Shown here: in pieces, positions 26,426-45,518 of the stretch | Layout of the letters: each line of letters starts with the position of its first letter | How positions within the stretch are numbered: the stretch's first letter is position 1 | Assembly: GCA_964057225.1 (NCBI GenBank) | Contig: OZ059896.1 | Location: 7,998,001 to 8,062,000, forward strand | Source: Auanema rhodensis | Taxonomy: Eukaryota > Animalia > Nematoda | Length of the DNA: 64,000 nt | Direction: 5' to 3' | Notes under the pieces: model-generated | Told to the model about the DNA's origin: nothing | Databases searched by the model: none | What the model saw: only the letters and a program-made list of their open reading frames with translations | Program-made: the position numbers and the translations under genes

Positions 26426-28617
26426 ATGGTTCCTCTAAATACTTCAAAGAATATCGACGAAAAATCAGGCTTCGCCAGATATGCTCCTATTTTAATTTTT
26501 ACCACAATCAATCTTTTAAATTACATGGATCGATATACTGTAGCAGGTAAGAAATTTTATAAATTTGATGTATTAAGATTAAATATTGAATTTATAGGGG
26601 TTTTGGATCAAATTCAGAATTATTACCACATAGATGATGCGATGGGAGGATTAATTCAAACAATGTTTATGGCTTTTTATATTGTTTTCTCACCAACGGC
26701 TGGATTCTTAGGAGATAGGTGTGATCACTATTCAATATTTGAAGTATTTGTTCGAGCTTTTAGATATAACCGCAAATGGATTATGGTTATAGGTATAACT
26801 TTATGGGTCATTATTGTTCTTGCTTCTTCTTTTGTCCCATCAAACGTAAACTTAGTTTTCAAAAATGCCTTATATTTAGTGATTTTAGCTTTTCCCTGTA
26901 TTTCTTGTACTAAGAGGTTTAGTAGGAGTGGGAGAAGCTTCATATGCCATTATTTGTCCATCTGTGATAGCTGATATGTATACGGGAGTTTGGAGAAGTC
27001 GAATGTTAATGGTTTTTTATTTTGCTACTCCTGTAGGAAGGTATAAATTGTTTTATCTTCATGAATTTCAATGTCTTGTTTAGTGGACTTGGTTTCATTG
27101 TGGGATCAGCAGTTAGCTCATGGTTAGGATCATGGAAATGGGGAGTAAGAATCACTTGTGTATTTGGTAAGTTGTCATACAAAAAACAAATGAAGTAGAA
27201 TTTATCAGGAGTTATATGCATTCTACTTATTATTCTTTTTGTGGAGGAACCTGAGAGGGGAGCAGCCGAACGAGAAATAGGTCACATAAAGGCAGAAGTG
27301 AAGAATTCAGGATACTTGAAAGATTTATGGGAGCTTTGCAAGAAGTCAGGTTTCCCTTGAAAGATAGACATTATCAATGAAAATTTTTTTTCTTCTAGTC
27401 CAACCTATATAACTTCCTCGTTAGGTTATACAGCTTTAGTATTTGGAGTGGGCACGTTATCATGGTGGATGCCTACAGCCATTGAGCGTAAAGACGCATG
27501 GAAAAAAGGACTTAATAGCACCTCAGAGTTATCAACAGATGCCACAGATCGGTAAAATTGATCGGATTTTATTCACATTAAAAACTATTCTAAAGAATTA
27601 ACTTATACTTCGGAATGATAACCTTGGTAGCCGGATTACTTGGAGTTACAATGGGAACATTAATATCAAATGTTAGTTTTACTAAGCGTTTTCCCTTGCA
27701 AATTTAGCATAATTACAAAGAAATGTTATTTTAAATCAAAACGCTATTATGGCATTAACTTTTGATTAAGAAAAATTTTGTATAATAAGGAATGAGTGAT
27801 ATTGAGCACTATCAAATTTAAGATTGTAATCAAAGCTGATCAAAAATTATTTTGATATCAATGTATCAATAATTATTATTTAAGCTCATGTCCAATGGTA
27901 TAAAAGTCATTTGCTTCAAAATAAAAACCAAGCGATCTGATGCCATTATATGTTGTGTGGGAGCTATCATTGGAATTCCAACAATGCTTATTGGTATTTG
28001 GGCTATCACAGACCATATGATTCTTTGCTGGGTATTTGATCAAGTTGGTGAGGTGTATTGACTAATTTTTATCTTTGCAGATAATGCTTTTCATTTGTTG
28101 TACAGCATTAAGCTTTAACTGGTCCACTAACGTTGATATGCTAATGGTTTGAAATGAGTCTTTACAAAACAAATATTTAATTTTTAGTCGGTCGTAATTC
28201 CTTCACGTAGGAATACCGCTAATGCATTCCAAATTTTATTATCACATTTACTCGGAGACGGATCAGGACCTTATGTTCTGGGAGCTGTAAGTTATAATTA
28301 AAATTCTACAAATATTAATATAATTTCAGATTTCAGACGCTTTGCAAGGCGGTAATAAGAGCGTTCAATCACAATTTCAAGCTTTACAAAAGTCATTTTA
28401 TCTAGCCGATATTGTTTTGGTATTAGGAGCAGTTCTATTCGGGGTCTCAGCTTTCACAGTAGTAAGAGATCAACAGAAATTTGCTGAGGAAATGGGTGAA
28501 GAACATTGCTCTTGAAAACAACTAATTGAACTAATTTCTTAAGGAGTTACAACAAAGGAGGAAGACAATGAAGCGTATGTCTCAGAATCATATGAATATG
28601 AATGTACTTACTTCTAA
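26426..28617 (+). CDS. Spinster-family MFS transporter (multi-exon)
   Basis: INLLNYMDRYTVAG, GLIQT.F, GFLGDRYNRKWIM, RGLVGVGEASY, SHLLGDGSGPY. Confidence 0.92.
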
Positions 28618-28929
28618 TTAGGGATACACAAAATAATTTCTGCTTCTCTAAAAAAAGGAAACAAATTGGCAATAAAATTATAATAAATATTAAAATTATA
28701 ACGCTCGTTCATTCCGTAAGCTTCAAAACTTGGAGCAAATATTCTGAAAAATTCTGTAGCAAAGTATCCCATTCACAAAAAGTATTTAATAATTTAAATA
28801 CAACGAACCCAATGTTTCAGAAAAGAACCACAAAATAGAACAATTAATTAACGAAAGAAATAACTCAGAGAAAGAAGAAATCTGAATAGTATGCCAAAAG
28901 AAAGAACTGAAATGTATCAAAATCAAAAC

Positions 28930-29667
28930 TTAGAGTGACTTCTCGGCTAATCTCCAAAGGCCATCATTCAGATAATGAATATTTTCTATTCCAATACCCT
29001 TATTAGTCTTTTGTATATCTTCGGTACTCATTTTCATCTGTCCAATGGCTAGAGCGTTTTGTTTTCCCTGAAGCATTGATTCGATTCAAACACAGAAATA
29101 AGGTTTTCAACCTCAGCCATAACAGCAACCAAAGCATCAACACCTACTCCAGACATCATCTTTGCTCCCGGTGATGTCAAACCGGGACACATAATGGATG
29201 AACCGTTCATTACAAACTTGATAGCACCTTTATCAACCTATAAGAGTAAACTACAAATAACTTTTATTATATGCTTTTAACAAACCTGCTGATGAGGTAA
29301 AATAAAAGGATATTTATGAAGAGTCCTCAAAGTGGGGAAAAAGTCAGTGTTACGTGTTTTTATAAACCGAACTACTCCAGTATGATCAGCTAATAGTTCA
29401 ACATGATCTTTACATTTAATAAGTTTGAAATTTTCCTGAGAGTTAAATACTTAAATCACGCCTTTGCATAACTTGATACCTTCTTAGGAAGAATGTCGGC
29501 CAGGTGTGGCTCAAGATGAGGAAAGTTCTCAATAAGTTTATTTCTAATTGCTTTCTAAAATAATAGGAAAGTTGCAAGCACATTCTAAACAAGAAAACCT
29601 GCATCGAGGTCTTCAACTGGGTAGTACCAGTAATATCTTCTTTCTCTTCGAACTTTTTGAATGACAT
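28930..29667 (-). CDS. MCTS1: MCTS1/MCT-1 PUA-domain translation re-initiation factor (multi-exon)
   Basis: [11 protein letters not shown]...[45 protein letters not shown]. Confidence 0.93.
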
Positions 29668-29816
29668 CTGAATTGAACAGTTATGTGCAAATAGCTAATT
29701 CTAAAAGATAACAAGCAGTCATTTTACTAACACTTACAAAAATAAAAAATGATTTTTAAATTTTATTTTTAATGTAAAACATTCTGCATAAAAATAAAGT
29801 TAAAAGATAAAAGTAA

Positions 29817-31265
29817 TCAGTAATAGATGCAACGAGTGCGGTGAAAAGGCACCTAAAATAAGTTATTGTAAGAGCACATACACTAAATGATTTACCGTTT
29901 TCTCTACTTCTTCAGCATGCTGTCTTCTATACACCCAGACAAACATATCAACCAAAGCAGCATTTACTTCGCGTCCATTATCAATCCCATTTTTTTTCAA
30001 TTCTTTAATTTCTTGCACAATTCTCTGAAATATTGCATTATAAATCCTCAAAAATTTTCATGATATCACTTCGCAAGCCCAAATAGCAAACCCACGAAGT
30101 TCGACTTCTGCCAGACTGCCATTCTCCAAACGTTTTCCTTCACCTAACAGCTCGAGCAAAGCAGGAGTATATTCTAGAACTCCAAGAAAAGCTAATGCCT
30201 GAGGTACCCGATAGTCGGCGAACATTGTGAGAGAACTGAAAGTAAAATTAATTAAATTAACTTATGATTCATAACAAGCAGTCACTTAATATCACCAAAG
30301 TCTCCTGCTTCATCAATGCCTTTCAAGGCACCAGCAACATCAGCAACCAAAATTTGAGCTCTCTTCAATATAGCAACTGAAAAATTGACTATAGGTGTTA
30401 AATCATATGTCTTTGTGTACTTGTTTTCCCTTTGAATTCTGCAATATCTCGGAAAGAAACAAAATTGTCGAAAATAATCGATAAAAGCTTCTGAGCACTT
30501 CTATTGGCAGCTTTTACACAATTATAAAAGGAACCATTCCATTTCTGTAAAGAAGTAGACTGATTAAACTAAACAAATTCCATTAAACAGGTTATAAAAA
30601 TGCACCTCAAGCAGAATTTTTCCAGAATCATTTATTGCTCTTACTCTTTCATCAAGGAGTGGAATATCGTGGCCTAAAATTTCTAACATTAGAACTATGA
30701 TATCTTGCACTGATTTTACCAGAATCTGCTTTAAAAATCTTTTGGATCTCGTCTTTTGAAGCAGTAGCCATCCAATTAGCTGATGTAACTGGAATACCAC
30801 TATCTAATGCCTGGAACAAATTCAAAGAGTTTAGAAATGAGTAGAATGTCAAACCTTGTTGATGGCTGCGCAACTTGCAAAATATCCAGTATACGATGTA
30901 CCTTTATAGCTAACGTTGTACTTCTCCCCTTCATCAGGCCAAAAAGAGAAATTAATTGTATCACTGAGAAAAACCCTAAGAAAATATAGACCTGGATAGA
31001 TCAATTGTGTACTTGAATTACCAATCAACGGCGTTGGCTCCTCCCTCCTTAGGATGTAAGCAATGAGCAGCAAATTCAACTTCTTCAATAGTATCTTTTA
31101 TGTCAGCTTCATAAATCTAAATATAGCATCTCAACTTTAAATGAAATAAGGAGGCTATCAAACCAATTTAGCTGCTTTTTTAACGCCATCTTCATTCACT
31201 TTGATCAGACTACCATTTTCCACAATATATTTTGCTGCAGCCAAAGGAGGCAAAACACCGTCCAT
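29817..31265 (-). CDS. QNG1: Queuosine salvage protein (DUF2419/C9orf64), multi-exon
   Basis: DTINFSFW, YTGYF..CAAIN, KRAQILVAD, LTMFADYRVPQAL, EVELRG, PFHRTRCIYY*. Confidence 0.92.
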
Positions 31266-31883
31266 ACTGAAAAGGAAAAAATCTAAAATGATATTTTTCG
31301 TGATTCTTTTTATTATCATTGCATTTCTTATCAGTACGAAACAGCACTATTCAAATCTTTAACTTCAATCGGGGATTCCTGTGATTACAAAACGCAATTC
31401 AGCTTCCTTTTCAAATTTACAGCTAGAGTTCGTGTAGTTCATTTATTAGTCTTTGCTTTAGACTACACAAAAATTGTTTTTAGTTTTACACTTGCTGTAA
31501 AAAAGGAACAATACACCAAAGGGTGTTCAGAACACGGGAGGATAATAACAATTCAGCTAAATACGATATTACTTTTGACCCAAACTCCAATTAACTAGGC
31601 TTAATTTGTAAGCAAAGAACGCTTCGGTAGCCACCTCATATATGATCCTATTATCTTAATCGTAGGAGGACTCTAAAACATATAAAGAACATATGGAGGG
31701 TTGGCAATCAGCTGTTCAGTAATCTCTGAAAGCTTTGTTGTAATAAAACCAGACAGCAACGCCTACTCGTAGCCCCAGTTCTCATCTTAAACAGTTTGTT
31801 ATTCATTTACTGCACTAGCGACTCTTGTAATCCTCTCAGCACCTATTGCTCTTCTCAGTTATTATATCACAATATTTTAGAAT

Positions 31884-32658
31884 ATGGCTGATCTTGCCGG
31901 AGCTTTCGCACAACACGAAATCACTCCCAACATTATTCCTAATGCTCCTAAGGAGCAACTTCAAGTTAGTTTTCTAAACAATTTGGAATTAAGAAAATCT
32001 TCCAGCTAGTTTGGGACGGAATCCAAGTTCAACCGGGAATGACACTCTCCATTAGAAATACTAAGAATGCTCCAAGGTTTCACCTGAAAGGAGCTGATCC
32101 AGAAGCCACTTACTCTCTGTTGATGATTGGTTGGTTCTCTTAGCTTTACACTATTACATATGTTTTTATACAAAATACTAAATTTACTGATTTCCAGACG
32201 TTTACTAACACATGTATTTCAGATCCCGACAACCTTTCGCGCAAAAACCCCTCTGTGGCTGAATGGCTTCACTGGCTAGTTACAAATATTCCAGCCAGTA
32301 ATGTCATTGAAGGGATAAACGGAGGTTTGTAATAAAATTGAAATGTGATTAAACCCTGCTATAGGTCAACATCAAATGGCATATGGCTCACCAGCCCCAG
32401 GACCACGAACAGACTTGCATCGGTACGTAATTCTGATGTGGGAACATACAGGAAGGTAAAATGAGTAATTTATTCACAACAATATCCCAAACACTACAGG
32501 AGAATTAACGCACCTAAGCCATCAAGTCGCGCAAAGTTCAACGTCAAAAAATTTATGGAACAGCACAAGCTTGGTAGGCCACTAAGAAAATTAATGTTTA
32601 AGATTGTGTTATAGGAGACCCAATCGCTGGAAATTTCTTCCTCGCTCAACACGAGTAG
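31884..32658 (+). CDS. Phosphatidylethanolamine-binding protein (PEBP/OV-16-like)
   Basis: YSLLMI-DPD, EWLHWLVTNIP, P.PGPRTDLHRYV, PIAGNFFLAQ. An upstream coding exon is possible. Confidence 0.9.
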
Positions 32659-33241
32659 ATTGGATCGAAGATAAAATAGACTGTAGCATACAGTTAGAAA
32701 TGAATCGAAATTTCGATAATTATTCTTTATGTTAAAACACTCGTACAAAGAATCACATAATTTGAGTATAAAAGGAGTAAAACTGTTAATAAAAAATATT
32801 AAATTAACCGTTTCTTTTAGTTTAAAGACTTACTGAATTCATCTTCAACATTCTTCGAATCAGGATATGAGTATTTCATACAAAAATTTTAAGGCCTAGA
32901 CGTTAAAGTTAAAAGAAATACGCAATTCCAACCAAGAAGGTTCAACAGTCTTTAAAAAATTGTTTTAAAAACTTCCTCACTGTAGTAATGAACATGACTT
33001 TTTCCTTGGCAAATAAAGAAGAAAAATAATTAGAAATATGTATAAAAAAACTTATTACACATTCAGCTTACTAAAAAAAGAAAGAAATAATAGTATAGGA
33101 ATATAAATGAAAGCTTTAAAATGTTTATATTCTTTCCGATTTCCATTAGCCTATTGGCCTAATCTGACTATTTTGGTGTTTATAAGTAATACTCTTTTCA
33201 GTTTTCCTTGTTAGTAAATTCTATAAAAGATAAGGACGTAC

Positions 33242-35037
33242 TCAAGTTGGGTCAATAATCGCAGGGTTTTCTATTCCTAATTGTGAATTATTGCAATTAT
33301 TAGCACTGCAAGTAGTGGCCGCTGAAATGTAGTTCTGAAACCAAATAAAGTTCAAGTTATTTCGTGATGATCCGATCACCTGGAGAGTTTGCTCAGTGTG
33401 TTCAGCTACGTATCTGATAAATGGTCTAAGATCTCCCAAGTTTGCTGTTTCTAAAACTGCATAGTACTTCGCTCTACTTTCCACAGGTAGAATCACAGGC
33501 GGAAATCCAGAGCGCATTAATATTAAATTTAATAGTAGGCGCGCGGTACGGCCATTACCATCAACGAAAGGGTGGATTAGAACCTAAAATTTTTCTTTTT
33601 TATATCATATAATTAATCATAAAATAGTTTACAAGTTTATAATGTGCTATAGCAGCTCTTTCAACAGGATCCATAGTTTCTGACGTAGGTGAGTTGAGCC
33701 ACTCAATAAGCTCATGCATTTGATAAGGAACATATTCGGGACCAACAGGAGTAAACCGGCCAACAAACACCTGAGGCCATTATTATTTTTCTTAATAGAA
33801 TCTATATCATACTTGTGTATTTCTTAAACGACCAGCTATGCTTGGTTGGGAATGACCAACAACCCGCCTATGCATTTCAAGAATATCCTTAAAAAAAAGT
33901 AATGATATCATATGTGAGACTGATTAACTTCAAGAGATATTTCACTCGATGATAATAAAGTTCGGTTTAAAAACCTAAGTGCTGAATCCATACCAAGAAC
34001 TTCATTGTGTTCTCGGATACTTTTGCCTTCTATAGCCATTTCAGTCTCCAGGATAGATCTAAATGCTAATACTACTACATTGTAAAAAAAACAATACTAC
34101 CTGGTTTGTCCCAAACTTAATGTATTCCCCTCTATAGCTACGGTATGATAGATATGAAGAAAATAGCTTTCGCGCATAGCTCTTCTAAGAGAAGGAGAAT
34201 GCGAGAGTTCATTAAACTCTCCTAATTTATCTCTGATTCTTTCAAGCATTTTCCTATCTTTAAGAGAAACCAAGGGTAAAGTAAAACGCCTTCTTCTAAA
34301 AACAAATGGAAGCATTGATCGATTAAACGATCATTACAAACTCGATGGCTCCCCGATGAGCAGGATCATACACTAAGGCTTTGGCGTAACAATAATCGGC
34401 TTCTATAATATTATTTTCATGCTCATGTACAGCTCCATATTCAGTTAATATATCAGGATGCACAGGAGCTAACGCTAATGCGTGCTCAATTATTACTTTT
34501 GCCTACAAAACATTGAGAATTAATAAAATAAAAATGCATAATATTACTCTTTCTATGTGTCCTTTCTCACGGAACGATCGTGCTGCTACTAGAGCAGCTA
34601 ACGCTTCTTTTTCAGACGTAGGATCCTGTCTACGCTCTTCAGTTGGTTTTTGAACAATAAGCTCACCAGGTTCCTTAAAAAATTATGTTCATTGATAAAC
34701 TAATTTTTTTAAACCTTCCAAGGTTTTAAGAGAAATGGTTCTTCTAGAAACAAGGCTCCATTGTTTTGAATTCTCGTCGGTGTGGATTTCACCATGGTTG
34801 TCATTAAAGGACACCATAATACTACTATATTCCAATCGGATGGAGCATTTTCACAAAAAAGTTTCTTTACGTGAGCACATGATGGTAAAACTAATACCTA
34901 TAATTGAGTGAAAATTATAACAAGATATCGAGATATTCCTTTACCTGGACACATATAGAAGTTATTAGACATATAAATAAAATCAGTTTTAGTGACGGCC
35001 TATCCGAAGGTGCAGTCATTCTCCCCTCACATTTCAT
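33242..35037 (-). CDS. fic-1: Fic-domain AMPylase FICD/HYPE (multi-exon; start approximate)
   Basis: TPR segment ([11 protein letters not shown]), [13 protein letters not shown] inhibitory helix, [12 protein letters not shown] Fic motif. Confidence 0.92.
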
Positions 35038-35437
35038 ACAATCTGGAATATTTTTTCATTAAATTAGACACAAACTAACAAATTTTATACTTCATAAAAT
35101 TATACTAAGTCACGAACCAATTCATAACGATAAGAACAACAAATGAGCATGTTTATTAAACAAAAAATTTATACCTGTTTAATATCGTTTCATTTTAAAT
35201 TTAATGTGCGAAGAATTTTTAATTATTATAATTTGAAAAATATATGTGTGTTTTGTCGTTGGAAGGAAAATACATACGCATCAGCTGATTCTCATGCGGT
35301 CCTACCGCGAACCTCCTTGTCATGAGGAGTTTACGGTGGTCACATGTGAAGCGTTTACTGCTAAAGCGCTGGCGTAGTGGTGTCGTTGCCAAGCTTTATT
35401 AAAGAAACCACTATTACTTCAACTAATTTTTGAACTA

Positions 35438-35960
35438 ATGCTCAGTGCATTATCGAGACCTACTAAAATGTCTCTGTCTTCTGGTAATATTCCATCTTTC
35501 AAAGAACGTAGACCATTTCGTAAGTTTCACATTAATTTTCAGATGGATCAATGATTTCCTTTTGGCACCAACTGCAAAATTAAATTTTTAGTCGCCAGGC
35601 AAAAAGATGTTGAGGAAATTCGTCGGCAGCAACCCAATAAAGTACCAGTCATAATTGAAAGATTTGATGGTGAACGTTCCTTGCCGTTGATGGATCGTTG
35701 CAAATTTCTAGTTCCCGAGCATATTACTGTCGCTGAGTTAATGCATATCGTGCGAAGAAGGTTAGCCCACCAAAGTTAAAGTTTTGTATAAGCGTACTTT
35801 CAGACTACAACTTCACCCAGAGCAAGCCTTCTTTCTTATGGTCAATGAGAAATCTGTAGTTTCAAATGCAATGACTATGTCCCAGCTTTATCAAACTGAT
35901 AGGGATGGTGATGGTTTCCTATATGTTGTATACACAAGCCAACCTGCCTTTGGATTTTAG
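35438..35960 (+). CDS. lgg-2: Atg8/LC3 family autophagy protein
   Basis: PSFKERRPF, QPNKVPVIIERFDGE, KFLVPEHITVAEL, DGFLYVVYTSQPAFG. Confidence 0.92.
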
Positions 35961-36197
35961 ACTAACCTCAGGTTTTTCATTTGTTCAAGCCGTTACTTCT
36001 TTCACGTACCTCATGTAAATTCTTATGTATATAGTTACCGGATCTAGCCTTTTTGTATTTTCTAAGACATTTCATGTTATTTCTGTCTTGTATAAATGTA
36101 CATAACATCGCTTCTTTTTTTCCAATCCAGATATTCATACATGAAACATTAATTTGAAAACTTGGAGAACAATAAAAATATAAAAACACAACAGTAT

Positions 36198-36864
36198 TTA
36201 CTCGTCTGGTTGAGCAAAAGGGTTTTCAATCTGTTCCATCCCATCAGAAGGTGCAACAACAGCGACGGCAGTACCTCTAGCAACAATAAGGCCGAGAGAT
36301 CTGCGCAGAATGTTTTTTTCACGGCTTTACTTAAATTTCCATACCTTGTTTCTTCACTTACGCAACTGGGGTTCTCAGGATCTCTCAAGTACTCCTTGGT
36401 GTCATCAAGTACAAGATTTAAAAGAGCATCGTATCCTTTCAAAATACCAGCAGCTGAAATGTTGAACAGTCATCCTGTTTCTCATGAAGGTCACTGATGT
36501 TGCTGCGATTATGAGGACAAAGAAAACTAACATTCCAGCAAAAAAAAAAACAGAATCAGATAAATGTTTTTCTTTCGAAAAAAAGCGAAAGGATAACCAA
36601 TGGCTCACCAAATAAAAGTAAACAAATCAAAAAAAAACTTGATTCAGGCAGAACAATGTCATTACGAGCATAACCAAACGTGCTTTTCAATACTAGAAAT
36701 AGTCATACCTTCTCTTCCACCTTGAAATTTCACTCTAATTCTTTTATCGATAAAACGCGACAGATCTACAATAGTTTTCCTTCTTTGTCCGTCGTCTTTC
36801 TGAATAGAATAATCATAACACTTATAATAACTGATTTAAACATTACCTGTTGTTGACCTGACAT
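36198..36864 (-). CDS. lsm-7: U6 snRNA-associated Sm-like protein LSm7
   Basis: DLSRFIDKRIRVKFQGGRE, GILKGYD.LLNLVLD, LGLIVARGT, IENPF. Confidence 0.93.
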
Positions 36865-37318
36865 GTTGTAAATAAAATTAACGTTGGTAACACTAAATAA
36901 TTGAGTAACAATCAAACACTTTAATATACAAGTTATACGAAATTTTGAATCTGCGCCATTAAAGGTCTGTGGCTCGTCCAATCCACAGTAGTAAGCGTGG
37001 ATGTGAATAGAGCATGTGATAGCGAGATACGCAGACAATGGCCTCAGACGACTGGCATCCGGATATAAACCTACATTATCACTATAATTTTCTCTTACGT
37101 TCTCAGATTTATTGAAGCAATAATGCAGTTATAATTTTTTGTATGCTTCTTGATTGAAAAGCTTAAGCTTCACTTTTTTTAAAAAAATTTATGTATTTAG
37201 GTATATAATTTTTTTTATTTTCAGTATTTCTGTACTGTGTCAATCACTTTATGCTCATTCATTAAGTTGTTTGGAGTTTGTAAAATGCTGTAAGAGTTTG
37301 AATTCAAACGCCTGTACA

Positions 37319-42669
<5,351 letters not shown>

Positions 42670-43486
42670 TAGCCCCGTAATGGAAAATCCACTTGGTCTC
42701 TCAGTCTACGTCTCTCGCCTTTCTCAACGTTGTATCTCTTTTTAAGCTGGTCCGAATTTCTTTAACTGTTAGCCTGCAGGCAAATCAGTGCCAAGTTCAC
42801 TGTGCATAGTGAGCTATCCAAGCTCGAGTTCTAATGATCTAATTTATGCGGTGCATAACATATTTATTTCTATGTTCTGTTTTGTTTCTTATTTTGTATG
42901 TTTGTAATCTTGCTCCACTATCATTATCAGTTATATAATACACTGTAATGATTAAAATGTGTCGAATTTTGAAATAAAGTTTTACTTTCATACATAGTGT
43001 ACAATATTCACATGCAAGCTGCCATAACCGAAATGCAGGGCAACGAAGAAAGGCAACTGATAGAGGAGTTTCGGATTCATTGGCTAAGAATTAGCATTTC
43101 TTCTAGTTATATACATAGTCTTTTCAACAGTTTCAAAAACTCAAAGAAAATAAAGAACTAGTGTACTTTAGCATCACAAAAGTGGATTACACTGACTGAA
43201 AATATTTAGGAACCTATAAACTTCGCTTACAGGAATCCAGAAGAAAAAATAGATTAAAACTGACTCAAATTACAATGATTAAAAATTGAGCCTGTTTACT
43301 TGGAGACTAGTCAGTGTCAAGAAAGAGATTTTGTACAACGCATGCTATCTAAATTACAGATATATCACAAATTAAACTGTCAAGAACACAGTATGATGAA
43401 GAGAAATGAAATTTTCAGTTCCACCGGAGTACCAGTGAAATGGACAACTGGTACAGAAAACTGCCAGGAAAAAATGCTAAAAAGGT

Positions 43487-44866
43487 CTAACGACTGCTTG
43501 AGAGCATAAGTGAATCTGTAGCAGCCATACTAATTGTCACATTAATTCCCAGATTACCATTTTCTGAAATGTTATACGTCAATTAGAATAATATAGCATT
43601 ATTTACCTGCAAAAAGTTGTGCAGTTGATGTATCAAAAGCTAAACAGTCAGACTGTTGAATAGCATGAGCAACTCCTTCGTGAATGCTGCGAGGAGTAGC
43701 TTCCCAAGCAAGTCGCCGACGCATCGTTGATAGTTCAAGTCTATTTTCACAATTAGAACATACGATTAGAAATAGTACCCGCACCTATACATAAATAATT
43801 CTGCCTCTTTTTTTGCTCCGATTAATTGAACCACAGCATAGAACATTTGCTGACCTTGATCTCTGTCTTGCTTTTCTGAAACGACCCTACTCGAAACCAA
43901 ACCACCTAATATTGAATCTAACCTAATACGAGCATAAAATTATAACCAAAGCAGCTTTGCATCATGACCCAATCAACTGCACCTGGCAGATTAATATCTG
44001 TAGCCAGAAACACGATATCTTCTCCTTGTAATGTAGTGATGCTCTTATGAACCTTTTTTAGATGATCCATCACATCAGGCAAGGCTCCTTGCCATTTACA
44101 GGAAGCTCCAGGGCAAGGGCAACTGTAAGGCCTAGAAAAAATAAAGAGGCTCGAGCTACTGATATCTGATAATCACTGACCTATATTCACAACTTTCCTC
44201 ATGCTCTACTTTTTCCTGATGATAAAAAACAAGTCCACATCCAGATGATGCAAATTTACAAGGAAAACGAATGGTATTCGCAATTTTCTCGAGACCCAAA
44301 TTCCGGACGTTTGCTAAACTTTGTATGTGAAAATTTCAGTAAATATTATAAACTGACGAATTGGTCCACGACAAGTAGGGCAGCATTGTAACTTAGGTCT
44401 GCAATTTCCACAAACTAAGTGGCCAGAGTTACATTGTAAATATGGAGGAAGCATATATTCCAAACACACAGGACACTCAAAAACTGATAAAAACTGCAAA
44501 TATCAAATTATTTTTTTACATTCACATATTTGGAACCTCGGAGTTTTCATGGGAATCAGACTGAGAATCCACAGTTGCGATTTGTGGTGCTACCTGTTGG
44601 GTAGCTGGTAAGGTTGATGGTGAGCATGCAGCGACTAAAATACATATTTTAAAATCATTATACTTCCCCTCTACATATTTATATCAGTGAATTACTTTCC
44701 TATCACCACTCTTACCTGGCGTATTGCCCTGAACACGAGCCATTGTTTTAGGGGTATTCTGAGCAATACAATGAAAAGCTGAAGTACATGAAGTTTCTCC
44801 TACACCTGATACGACATCCATCGTATTACTTATTATACCCGCATTATTATCTTCAGATCTCATCAT
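43487..44866 (-). CDS. siah-1: Seven-in-absentia E3 ubiquitin ligase (multi-exon; start approximate)
   Basis: [92 protein letters not shown]. Confidence 0.95.
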
Positions 44867-45518
44867 TTCGAAAAAAGAGATCAAAGAATATCAATTGAAT
44901 TGCAAATATCACTTCTGGTTATATCCCCAGTTCTAGACTTAGGCATTTAATCCAGTCTACAAAGGTAAAGAAAATGAGTGAATTTTCATAAATAAGCACG
45001 GAAAAAGAAAAGTTGAAGAAATGGTAGGTAATGTATACTGAAACCAAAAACGAATTGGCAAGAGAAATTAGAGAGAATAAAAGATATTTGAAGGACAAGA
45101 ATATTTTAATAGCTTTAATAATCATTAAAGTTTCCAATTATTGGGACCTGGCCAACAAGAGGGTAGGCAATAGTAGGTTGTTTGGACAGACACGAGAGAT
45201 GCTGACATTGTGGTGAGAGAGTATGCTGACGGCGGAGGCTTCGGGCTAGTAGAGAACTAGAGAACCTGAAGAATAGAGGGACAACGACCAGCACACCCAG
45301 CTGTGTGACTAGTGAGATAGATGGGACGCGAATAGAGACACTATCGATTAGGAACGATCTACCACCACAGACGGGAACAAAACCGGAAAAATGAGAAGAA
45401 ATCTAGTTGCCTACATTTGCAACGGCAAGCCAACTTCGCTTAGAAAAGAAATGTAGACGTTAAAGCCTCAGATAAATAATTAAAGTGAAAACAACATTGA
45501 CACATTTTGAATAATCTA

